From contig NC_058368.1 of assembly GCF_018350175.1 (NCBI RefSeq), positions 137,332,001 to 137,396,000 of the forward strand: a stretch of DNA of 64,000 nucleotides, read 5' to 3'. The stretch is from Felis catus (taxonomy: Eukaryota). Below, piece after piece: positions 27,594 to 38,747 of this stretch. Numbering within the stretch: the stretch's first letter is position 1; every line of letters starts with the position of its first letter. Below the pieces are notes generated by a model, which searched no databases, was not told the DNA's origin, and was given only the letters and a program-made list of their open reading frames with translations. The position numbers were made by a program, and so were the translations under genes.

Positions 27594-27827
27594 CATTTAT
27601 TTATTTTTGAGACAGAGAGAGACAGAGCATGAACAGGGGAGGGTCAGAGAGAGGGAGACACAGAATCTGAAACAGGCTCCAGGCTCTGAGCTGTCAGCAC
27701 AGAGCCTGACGCGGGGCTCGAACTCATGGACCGTGAGATCATGACCTGAGCCGAAGTCTCATGGACCGTGAGATCATGATCTGAGCCGAAGTCGGCCGTT
27801 CAACCGACTGAGCCACCCAGGCGCTCC
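27594..27827 (-). mobile_element. Can-SINE with an internal 35-nt tandem duplication
   Basis: 19-nt TSD agactcttgctaattttaa. Confidence 0.9.
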
Positions 27828-28703
27828 AGACTCTTGCTAATTTTAATGGCTATTAAAACGTGTAAGTTCTGCAGATACAGGTGGTGATTGTTGCACAACA
27901 ATGAGAATGTACTTATCGCCATTAAACTGTATACTTAAAATGGTTAAAACACCACATTTTATGTTACATGTTTATTTTACCACAGTAAGAAAAATGTGGT
28001 ATAGAAGTTCAAAATACTTGTTTCCAATAATTTGAGTAAGTTGTGAGGAAACAGTTTCTCTTCATTATACCTATCCCATCCTCATGGGTGGATCAAATTA
28101 AATGTTTTAAATACTAAACTGTTTGAGAAAAAAAAGAATTCTACTTATTTGGGTGCAGGAATAAAGATGGAAGCATGATAATGATCTTATGGGAGCTCTT
28201 ATCCTCAGGATGGATGTAATGAAGATGCCTTTCCAACCTGGCTGCTATTGGCCCTGACTTCACTTTATTCAAAAGGGCAGCTAGGGAGTTAAGTAGGCTA
28301 TCCAAATGTCACCTCCACTGGTGAGATGTGCATGGTTACAGCTCCCATTTATAACTGAAGTCCAAATTTTTAGGTTCCCTCCCTTTAACTTTCCCCTGCC
28401 CCCTACCCTAATATTAGTAGCAATTAAGTTTTCACCCATTAGATTCACAAAAATGAAACGAATATGCTGGTGGAGATGTGGGAAACATTTGTATTCTTTG
28501 TGAGTGTGAATTGCATAAGCCTAATAATCCCACTGGGGTGCCACTACTGTGTAGAGACATTAATACAAGAATGTTTTTTTGTGTGTTCAAAAAAAAAAAA
28601 AAAAGCATCAGCATCCTGGAAGCCAATCAAGAAGGGGTTGAACAAATTATGACCTATTCATTCTAAATACCTATGTGCATCTATTAAAAAGTGCCTTAAA
28701 TAC

Positions 28704-28705
<2 letters not shown>

Positions 28706-28756
<51 letters not shown>
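28706..28756. repeat. (TA)25 microsatellite
   Basis: Read directly from the sequence. Confidence 0.95.
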
Positions 28757-28758
<2 letters not shown>

Positions 28759-29222
28759 TGGCGCAGTCGGTTAAGCGTCCGACTTCAGCCAGGTCACGAT
28801 CTCGCGGTCCGTGAGTTCGAGCCCCGCGTCAGGCTCTGGGCTGATGGCTCGGAGCCTGGAGCCTGTTTCCGATTCTTTGTCTCCCTCTCTCTCTCTGCCC
28901 CTCCCCCGTTCATGCTCTGTCTCTCTCTGTCCCAAAAATAAAATAAAAAACGTTGGGAAAAGAAAAATTTTTAAAAAATAAAATAAAATAAATAAAACAA
29001 AACCAGAATGATGGGAGCGCCTGAGTGGCTCAGTGGCTTAAGCTTCCGACTTCTGCTCACGCCATGATCTCCCAGTCCGTGAGTTCGAGCCCTGCATCCA
29101 GCTCTGTGCTGACAGCTCGGAACCTGGAGCCTACTTCGGATTCTGTGTCCCCGTCTCTCTCTGCCCCTCCCCTGCTCTCACTCTTTCTCTCTCAAAAATA
29201 AATAAATGTTAAAAAAAAATTA
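28757..29222 (+). mobile_element. Young SINE missing ~10 nt of its head (28757-~28995) and a second SINE (29013-29222)
   Basis: First copy starts ggtggcgcagtcgg directly after (TA)n; second copy has TSD aaacaaaaccagaa. Confidence 0.9.
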
Positions 29223-31002
29223 AGAAACAAAACCAGAACTATATGCATGTTTGAGAATACAGAAAGGTGTAGCAGGATTAATATCATACTTAATACTGAT
29301 TCTGTCGTGGACATAAGCTTGGAGGTAGGATTGAACTAACTTTATGTGTATAACCATATTGTTTGATTTCTTGTCATTTTTGTAATTGTTAAGTTTCTGA
29401 AGTAAAAAGAAGAGGGAAGGCGAGATCTGTATGATAGAAATTGTAATAGGAATTAATTTGGATGACTTGGGATGGGTACAATGGAAACCTTGGTACTGGT
29501 AATGATCATAATATATTTTGATGTGAGCATTGGTTACACAGGCATCTTCAGTTTGTGAAACTCCCATTTAGTTGTATGCCTATGATTTGTACAGGTTATG
29601 TGTATTTGAAAGTGTATTAAAATTGTGGCACAGCAATACAAGGGAGTACTATCATGTTTTTAAAAAATACTTTCAATAAATATTTAATATATGAAGTTGG
29701 ACAAGAAACAGCAATCCCATTATAAAATATAAAGTACATATAAGCACACAGAATAAAGACTGGAATAAAAACATTATAATATTAATAGATATGTTTAGAT
29801 GATCGTTGTGGGGGGGGGGAGGTTTGTTTTAAGTAAGAACAGTTTTTTGCATTGGGTCATTTAGGAAGTCCATAGGAGATGGTGAGCAAGCCACATTACA
29901 GGATATTAACCAGAAAATAAGGGTGAAGGAGAGAGGAAAGTTTTAAAAAGAAAGGAAAAAAAGGAAGAAGGAAAGAAAAACAGTGCTAACTAGAGACCTA
30001 CAGTAAGGTCAGGTAATTTTAACCCCTACTAGGGAGGGACTAATTTCAGTTGTCAAACCATCATGTAGTAGTAAAGCCTTATGAAAAATTCTCTTTCAGC
30101 ATACTCAGTTTGATTTTTACAAATAATTTATGCTTGATACTTAAGTTTTGTTTTTGTCTAAACATTTAGTTTTAATGAAACTGTGTCACTGATATAATAG
30201 TTTCAACTGATTGTAGCAAATGCAACTCTTAGTAGCTTAAGAAACCCATACTCTGCCCAGTCTTTGCTAATTAACTGTGGTAATTTTGCTCAGACCTTTT
30301 TGATCCCTAATTGGCACATGGGGTCAAATATACGTCCCCAGGTTGGCTAGAGAATCAAATGAGAAAATGTATGTGAGAACACTTTAATAGAATTAAACAC
30401 CATCCACTTATAAAATTACGTTACTTGTCTTGTTTTTCCTTCATCCCAACTAAAGCCCTTAGTTGTGAAATGTGGTTATTTGAGATGTAATTTATTTCAG
30501 TTAAGAGTTCAAAAGTTTAAGTTTATAAAAGAATGCAGTTTTTTTCAATCACGTGCAAATGTAAATGCAGTATTTGGTGTTTATCAAGATGTGGGTTGTG
30601 ATTGCAATATATTTTTAATGTTTTAGACTAAATATTAGTGCCAGTTATATCGAGTTGAAATGTAAACATTTTTATTTTTTCTAAGTATTGTTGAATTGTC
30701 GGGGGAATTACCAGGCTTTTCCCTCTATTTCAGTCATTTTCCATTATTCACCATGTTAACTTAAAATAACTAATACCCCATATCAGATCTCTTCAGGTGT
30801 TTCTCCGGGGTTTTGATAAGGACTCGACTTCTGATTAGTCCTTAAATCAGTAATAAACTGTACGGAACTCTAGTTAGGTTGGGTTGGGGAAAAATGCGTG
30901 GCACTAGGACCCAGGGGGCTCCCGTGAGCGGATCTAGGGGCCAGATTGCAAATTCGCGGTGACTCAGTCTGGTCGGCTCCTTGCGCTCGGCGGCCGCGGC
31001 GG

Positions 31003-31026
31003 CAGCAGCAGCAGCAGCACCAGCAG
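31003..31026 (+). repeat. (CAG)5 CAC (CAG)2 trinucleotide repeat preceded by GGC triplets
   Basis: Read directly from the sequence. Confidence 0.9.
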
Positions 31027-31236
31027 ACGTTGGCGGCCGAGCTGCTAGGATCAGTTCCCCCGGGTTTCGCCGTCCGAGACTTCTTTCGGGGCACCCCAAG
31101 CAGGTCCGAGGCGTGTGGGGAGCAGAGGGGTCGTTCTGGCGGGGAAAAGGGGGTTGCTCGGCGCGGGAAGCCCTCGGGCCTGTGCACGGGGAGTAACATT
31201 TGCTCCGTCTCTTCCTGTGTCTGGCTTTATTTGCAG

Positions 31237-31350
31237 CAAACCAAGATGGAGTATGAGTGGAAACCTGACGAGCAAGGGCTTCAGCAAATCCTGCAGCTGC
31301 TGAAGGAGTCCCAGTCCCCAGACACCACCATCCAGAGAACCGTGCAACAA
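31237..31350 (+). CDS. TNPO1: TNPO1 exon 2 ([38 protein letters not shown]); ATG of the short isoform at 31246
   Basis: Acceptor ctttatttgcag|CAAACCAAGATGG with strong Kozak context (AAGATGG). Donor CAA|gtatcctttc is U12 type. Confidence 0.96.
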
Positions 31351-34084
31351 GTATCCTTTCCGAGGCCTTGCCGACGCCCGCGCAGCTCGCCCCGCGCGGG
31401 GCCCGCTCCCGGCGGTCGGGTGGCCCCCGCCGCCCCTCCCCCTCCTCCCGCTCCCCGGATCCCTCCGCCCTCCGTCCGCTTGCCCGCCCGCGGGGAGAGG
31501 CCCGTCCGCCGCCGCAGCTCTTGCCCGGCGCCTCGCGCACGCGGCCCTCGAGCCCGGGTCTGGGGTGTTGCCGCGGCCGCCGGCTTCCGGCCCGCGGGAG
31601 GCGGGGGCTCCCGGCCGCCGCCCGCGATCGCTACATGTGCGCCCGCCCGGCCGCCACGTCCCCGCCCGCCCACCGCTGACCTGCCCATGGGGCGGAGAGC
31701 GGCGCGGGCGGGCGAGGCCCGGGTGCGGCGCGGACCCCGGCCCCCCGGCTCCACACAATGCGCCCCGCGCCGAGGGGGCAGCGGGTCGAGCGAGAGTCCG
31801 GGTGGAGTACTCTGCGTGCCAGACGGGACTCGCCGGCCGAGCGTCCGACCAGAAATGGGGTGGAGCTGGCGCGGGGTTTAAACTGCCGCCGCATTGGGCC
31901 TGGGGTTTTTTTAGGGCCCTTGCCCTAAAAGTGCTGGAGACCTACAAGTAGGGGGTCCCAGGCCTCACCCCAGGGCTGCTCGTGCTCACACCTGTTGCAG
32001 GCTTCCTGGCTCCCGAGTGAAATAGTCTCTGTGGCTCAAAAGGTTGACTGCTCAGGTACCCAGTATTTAAGGAGTTTGCTGGGGTAGCGGTCATGTTGCT
32101 GTGATTTTAGAGACCGAAAAGGTTAAAAGCAGCAGCAAAACCTCTGTTGTGTTTTCTATGGTGCCCTGAACTGTGGGCAAATAAATATCGGATCATTGGA
32201 TCCGATAAAGGAGACAAATTTACTCACCCAGTCATAAATAACCTTATCCCTGTTATGTTGAGACCAAAGAAGTGAATTCTTTAAACAATTTAAGTCTGCT
32301 TTTTTGCAGAAAATCTCTTGATTTTTATTGTTAGTCAACAGCAAAACTAGAATTTGGTAAGTAAGCCCTTTAGGGCTTAAACATAATAACACTTGTAAAC
32401 ATGAAATTATATACAATTCCATGAGAAATTCTGTTAAATAAGTGTCGAAGTACTGCATTGCTGTAACTTAAAACCTTTAATAGAGGAGGAAGCACGTAGC
32501 TTCTTGGTTAATATAATACTGCTCATTTAAAACCAAAGGGGATAATGCCAGTACCAAGGGAAGGGTAGAGTTTTGGGGTGTGTGGGTGCTTGTATCTGAA
32601 ACCCTGTGGTGGCCCAGTCTTAATTTGTGTTGTTATAGTTGTAGGAATGATAGAAGTTGATATTTATTGAAATAATTACGGATATTGTATGACAGTTATT
32701 TCTTAAGGGAGCCAAGGCTATAACCACCTTGTAATTTTTTTCTGTAGCACTATAGATTCCTGTCTTGGTACTTATTTATTAAATACCTTTTATATGCCTG
32801 GAACTGTGCTTGGGCTAACCATCAAATTTATAGTTTATTCTGGGTGCCTGGAGCATAGTATGCCTTCTGCAAAAGAAACAAGTTAAATTTCAGTAAGCGA
32901 ATAGTATTTAAAAATACGTATTGCTTTATATTTTCTAAGTGCCTAATGATGGATGATCTTGTTCCTTTGTGACCTTAGGAAAGCATTTATTTCATTGTTG
33001 TTTTTGTATAGGCCTAATTACCTCTTGCAAGACCATTAATAAAATTTGGATAGAAAGCTCAAGTAAATTTTAGCAGGAAATATTTATGAAAAATTACCAC
33101 ATCAGTATGCTAGTCTTTGCCATTGACTAAAGAAAAACCATTGGTTTTTTTCTTGGTCTAAGAAAGTAGACTTTGGAAATTTTGTAGAGAATGCTTTTGC
33201 TAGTTAATCTGACCACTACCTATTGAGGGTGTTCTAGTATGTAATAAATAGCTAATACAGTGTACCTAGAGTTTGTATCAGGGATTTAATTTAAAAATAA
33301 ATTTAGGTCTGCTGAATAAAAACATTTGAATATTACTGTCTAAGAAAACAATTAGTGTTAAAAAAAATTACAGGTTAAGAGAGCATGAAGAAAGATGTAA
33401 TAGAGTATCATGCCACTGTTGACTGCCAACAGAATGAAATACCTGCACATTTATGTCACTGGAAATGTTAGATCTTGGGGAGGGGGCACAATTGTGGAAC
33501 TGTTGCATTTCAGTAATTTCATACTGACCTTACATAATAAGATTTGATAACAGACTTGTGTTTAAGTGGCATTTAATATTCAGTAGAATGAGTCTAGTAA
33601 ATGAGTCTAGTAAAAGCATTTTTGATTTCTAAGTTGAAAAGCCATTTTATAAAGTTCTGTAAATGATCTTTAAAGACCTGTTTTCATTTCTTTGCGATGC
33701 TTTTCATTTTTGTCATTATTTCTATACATAAATACCTTTCTGGTTAAGGTTTTTAAAGTTCAAATAAAACATTCTCTTTTGAAATTTTTTTTTTTGCTAC
33801 GTTGAGCATATACCCTGTTCAGAACTTGGCTTATGTTGTATTGAATATAATTGATATAAAGTATTAAGTTTAATGTTTCAGCCATAAAGCACCAAAGAGA
33901 TTTAACATAACCATTAGTGCATTCTTGGAATAGTGTATTGATGGTTTTAGTAAGAAAATTTTATTCTTTCTAAGAAAATGCAAGTTTTAAAATATCACAA
34001 ATGGGATTCCTGATTTTAGATTGAAAATGCTTAATTTTTTCCTTAGATACATTGAGAAGTTTCCTTAACTACTGTTTGTTCTAG
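31351..34084 (+). other. U12-type (minor spliceosome) GT-AG intron
   Basis: 5' end GTATCCTTTC; branch site TTCCTTAAC at 34061-34069, 15 nt before the 3' end. Confidence 0.93.
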
Positions 34085-34160
34085 AAACTGGAACAACTCA
34101 ATCAATATCCAGATTTTAACAACTACCTGATTTTTGTTCTTACAAAATTAAAATCTGAAG
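34085..34160 (+). CDS. TNPO1: TNPO1 exon 3 (KLEQLNQYPDFNNYLIFVLTKLKSE)
   Basis: ttctag|AAACTGGAA...TCTGAAG|gtaagt; in frame with exon 2. Confidence 0.96.
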
Positions 34161-34744
34161 GTAAGTGAGGTTTGTATTGATAAAACTACTTGGAAATGTC
34201 TTCAAGATATATGAAAATTTACTGAGAGTTACTAATTTCAAAGGTTTGCGTTTTATAGTAACCACTGGTTTACAGATGTGGAATGGACAGAGAGATTTAA
34301 GAGTCCACTCTAAAGTTTAATTTAGATCCTTAATAAACATTCGATTGTTAATCGGGTGTTTTTATCATAAACTCCTTCATATTCTGTTAATGAAAAGAGT
34401 ATTACGGAGTCTACTTTGGTATTTTGCTTGAATCCTAGTACGTGAATGTCATAACAGATTGAATGCAGGATTTACTCATTAACTGAATATATGTGGATTC
34501 ATAGAAAACAATTCAAAGTTCATATAACCAAAATGAAAAAATCACTTGTCCTGTCACCCAGAGAGAATTTATTATTATTCTTGATTAATTAATTCTACAG
34601 TCTTATATGGCTATTTACTATTTTAAAATTTAATTAAAATTGGGATCATTCTGTTTATAAACTTTTGCGACTTTTTTAAAACTTCTAACTGTATATATTA
34701 AACAGTATAATGAAACTTTATTAACTATTCTTTTACAACGATTT

Positions 34745-34947
34745 TATTTAAAAATTTTTAATGTTTGTTAATTTTTGAGAGAGAGAGTGTGAGCTGGGGA
34801 GTGGTAGAGAGGGAGACACAGAATCTGAAGTAGTTTCCAGGCTCTGAGCTGTCAGCACAGAGCCTGACGCGGGTTTCAAACACACCACAAGATCATGACG
34901 TAATCCAAAGTTGGACATTTAATTGACTGTGCCACCCAGGCACCCCA
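34745..34947 (-). mobile_element. Can-SINE
   Basis: Antisense head gccacccaggcacccc. Confidence 0.85.
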
Positions 34948-37024
34948 GTCTACAATAATTTTAAACTTAAATTACTTTTGTGGCAATTCAAAGCATGAAA
35001 ACTAGTTTTATTTTTTAAATGATATGGTCATTTTATCGTATATATGTCAGTGTTACCCACTAGACTTTATTCATTCATTTCTCAAATATTTATTGAACAC
35101 CATTTCATTTCCAGGCTCAGGGGCAATGAAAGTGAACAAAAAAATAAGAATTTCTGCCCTCATGGAACTTACATTGTAGTGAGCTGTTTTTTATCGAGTT
35201 ACCTGAATATTGAAGATTCTCTTCCTGGAACATTGTCAGACACACAAAAGGCGTGAAAATACTTATTATTAAGCAACTGATTGGCCTCTACTTGAAAGCA
35301 CTATACCCTGTTCAGTGATTAGTGTTTCAGAAGCCATAGTGCAATTATTTAAAAAACAAACAAACAGAAAAAAAAAAAAAAAACAAAACAGGGCACTTGG
35401 AGTTGGGAAGTCTTACACTCTGACACTGATTCTGACACTGATTTTACCTGTCTTACTTTTTCCAGCTATATAATGCCCTGTGTTAGACTGCCAGACCGTC
35501 TTGTCTGTAAGGGTTAGACATCCAAGGCTCTAGTGGGTTAATTGCCTTCATGGGTAGTAAAATCTCCCTAATCTTACAGATTTTAATACTTTTATCAGAT
35601 TTAATATTTTTATACAGTATAGTAATTTTTTTAGATTAATTTTGAATGTTAATTTTAGGGATTTTAATTTGTGGTTGAGGGATGTAATGGCAACTTTAAA
35701 ACTTTCTAAATCTGGGTTTTAAGAAACTGAAAATTCCTTCAGCATATCTTGAAATTAAGCAACGAATATTCCTAGTTTGATAAATGTACTTGATGCTTTG
35801 TTTCTTAATATAGAAATTTATTTTTCCCACATACTAATTTGTAATCAAGTCAGTGTTACTCATTTTTTAAAGAACTTTATATTTAGGAAATGAATTTTTC
35901 TAAACTAATTGTTTTACTTGAAAATTTTAAATTTATTTTCACCAGTTCATCTATTCTCTGTCCTGTCCATCTGCACATCCTAAGTTCCACATATTAAAGA
36001 TGTTTAAAATATTCTTTCTGAAAGCTTTTTTGAGATGTTAAGAATAAATAAGTATTTTTAAAAGCAAACAATTCAAATCACGAGCGGTTGGATATAACTG
36101 CCTCCAATTTATTAGTCACCATTTTTCACAGGACACGATAGAAGCTTAACATTTGTTTAACAGTTAATATTTCTTGTGCCTTATTTATTTGGGACATGAG
36201 CTTGCTATATTCCATTTTCTATTTAAAGAAAGACCTGGCATTGGGATCATCCTATTAGTGAAGGAAGGTAAATAACATCTTGAAGTGGAAATGCTTATTT
36301 AGTAATCTTTTGACCATTTCTCTTGTGAATTTGTTTACTCTGAATCATGGAGGAAAATTTTAGATCTGGAAGAGACCTCAGAGATAAGCTCATCTAATTC
36401 CCTCGCTGTACAAATCAACAAATTGAGGCCCAGTAAAGTAAAGCCTTAACTTTAAAAAAAAAAAAAGAAATGGATGATCAGTGGCTCTTAATGCATTTAG
36501 GAGAGAGGATATTTTTTATGTTAATGAAGATAAATATTTTAATATAGAATGCTTTATATTTTTAATTTTAAATCACTTCTACCTTGTGTTGTGGCCTATT
36601 AAAACTCGTCTTGTATCATTTATTGTAAGAATGATAGTGTATATTATAAACAAATATGTTATTTGAATTAAAACTATCTGAATTATTAAGGGCTAACAAG
36701 ACAAAAAGGATTATTGCTTGTCGAAGTTAAATATCTAGCTATTCATTTATTATATGGCAGCTTTAAACTTGCAAGTGAATTTAGAAGTGTTTTTGTTTCA
36801 TTTTAACTTACTCATTGGAATGGGTTGTAATTGAAACCAGAAAGAAGTTACTAGATGGTGACAAAAGCTTTTAGCCTGTATTACTGTGATGGCCTGAGTG
36901 GGGTTTATGAGCAAAGAAATTTTGCTATCCTTTTGCCTCTCCATATGCTTCACCCTTTAATATTTCAGTGCCAATCAGATGATGGCAGCATGCTACAAAA
37001 TAGAACAAGCTCGTGGTATTTTAC

Positions 37025-37190
37025 TTATTTATTTTTTTAATGTTTATTTACTTTGAGAGAGAAGGAATCCCAAGTAGGCTTCGTGCTGCCAGCACACACC
37101 TGACATGGGGCTTGAACTCAGGAACCCTGAGATCATGACTTGAGCCCAAATCAAAGTCGAACACTTAACCCTAAGCCACCCAGGCGACCC
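37025..37190 (-). mobile_element. Can-SINE
   Basis: Antisense head and T-rich tail. Confidence 0.8.
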
Positions 37191-37897
37191 ATGGCTATTT
37201 TATTTTTTTAAATAACGTGTGTAAAACAGTAGTGCTGTAATAGCATATTCTACTCACCACAACTTCATGTCTTCCAGTGCTTTGAGGAGGGTGATACTGT
37301 AGAATGCATCAAGTGTAGACTTGAGCCAGACTCCTGAGGTTCATATTTTGACTTCCTCACTTAATAGCCTTGTGTGACTTTGGCAGAGCCCTCAGTTTCT
37401 TCATTTGTGCAGTGGGATAATAATTCCTGTCTCATGGGGTTCTGAGGATTAAAAGCACACTATTTGCAATGCACTTAGCAGTGTTTAGTACCAAATAAGC
37501 ATTCAGAAGATCCTAACTATTGCTAATATTGGTGGTGATGTCAGTTGGTAAAGCATCAATTACATTCTACTAGTGTTAAATTTCTTCTTAAAAATTTGTT
37601 AACACCCAGCTTTGGACTAAACGTTTTAATGTAAATTGTATTTAACTTCTGGAAATTTTAAAATTGTTTTACCCTTTTTTTTTTTTTTTTTTTAGCTCAG
37701 AGTCAAGTGAAAAACATGATATAAATGAACGTCACTTATTTGTATGTGAAGGTGATCCCGTATTTTTTGTCGACTTAATTTTTTTAATAGATATTTTTAG
37801 TCACTAATACTTTGAGATCTGTAATTTGATGTTTATATCAGGTCCCAATAAAACTTGTGTGCAGTGGCCCTATGTAAACTAAATTAACTTTTTAAGT

Positions 37898-38115
37898 CAG
37901 TGGTTCTCAACCAAGTGCAATTTGGTCCTCCCTTGCCACCTACCCCACCCCTGCAACATTGCAGACATTATCTGGAAACATTTTTGTTACAACTTGGAAA
38001 GGTAATACTGGCATCTATGGTCAGGGGTACTGCTCAACGTCATAGGATGCACAGGACAGCACCCGATAAAGAATTATCTGAGCCACAATGTCCATGCCAA
38101 GGTTGAGAAACCCTG
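37898..38115 (+). mobile_element. MER20 hAT MITE
   Basis: cagtggttctcaac...tactggcatct...atgcacaggacagc...aagaattatc...ggttgagaaaccctg. Confidence 0.85.
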
Positions 38116-38288
38116 AACTACACATCATGGAGCTAGTCTTCTGATAATTATTTATGATAATTTTTTCCTGGTTATAGCAAAATTATTGGAACGTTGGAAT
38201 CAATTTTTGAGGAGTATTTTAAAAGTTAGCGTCCTTGATACATTTTGAAATGAAAACTACTTTGAAACTCAATAATATTTTATTACAG

Positions 38289-38438
38289 ACGAACCCACAA
38301 GATCATTGAGTGGTCTCATTTTGAAGAATAACGTGAAAGCACATTTTCAGAACTTTCCAAATGGTGTAACAGACTTTATTAAGAGTGAATGTTTAAACAA
38401 TATTGGTGACTCCTCTCCTCTGATTAGAGCCACTGTAG
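38289..38438 (+). CDS. TNPO1: TNPO1 exon 4 ([20 protein letters not shown]...SPLIRATV)
   Basis: ttattacag|ACGAACCC...ACTGTAG|gtaagt; overlaps track ORF 38306..38494. Confidence 0.96.
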
Positions 38439-38509
38439 GTAAGTTATACTGTTACAGTTTTGCTTATTCTGTTTGTAACTGGGTTGTTTTTTGAGATGAT
38501 AGGCTGTTT

Positions 38510-38747
38510 TTTTTCAGCTTTATTTTTTGTTTTTTTTAATTTTCTTTTTAAATGTTTATTTTTGAGAGAGTGAGAGAGCTCGTGAGCAGGGGAGGGGCAG
38601 GGAGAGAGGGAGACACTGAATCTGCAGCAGGCTCCAGGCTCTGAGCTGTCAGCACAGAGCCTGACATGGGACTCGAACCCATGAACCGAGAGATCATGAC
38701 CTGAGCTGAAGTCGGACACTCAACTGACTGAGCCACCCGGGTGCCCC
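38510..38747 (-). mobile_element. Can-SINE ~70 nt downstream of exon 4
   Basis: TSD gagatgatag. Confidence 0.88.

Larger units (their letters stand above)
30890..32020. promoter_or_regulatory. CpG island; probable internal/alternative TNPO1 promoter
   Basis: Abrupt switch from AT-rich to very GC- and CpG-rich sequence around exon 2, with GC-box-like motifs and an AP-1 consensus TGACTCA at 30960-30966. Confidence 0.85.

Noticed and set aside
1..30800. Search for TNPO1 exon 1, a nested gene, processed pseudogene, snoRNA/miRNA or CRISPR-like array
   Set aside because: No MVWDR-coding exon, CpG island, or recognisable coding or RNA-gene signal was seen by eye; an Infernal/Rfam and BLAST search would be needed to exclude small RNAs.
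30842..31951. Long overlapping ORFs (232, 235, 157 aa on -, and the intronic part of the 311-aa + ORF) in the CpG island
   Set aside because: Low-complexity Arg/Gly/Pro/Ala translations are expected from very GC-rich, stop-poor DNA; only the exon 2 segment resembles a real protein.
33587..33612. 13-nt tandem duplication aatgagtctagta x2
   Set aside because: Ordinary short slippage event with no functional clue.
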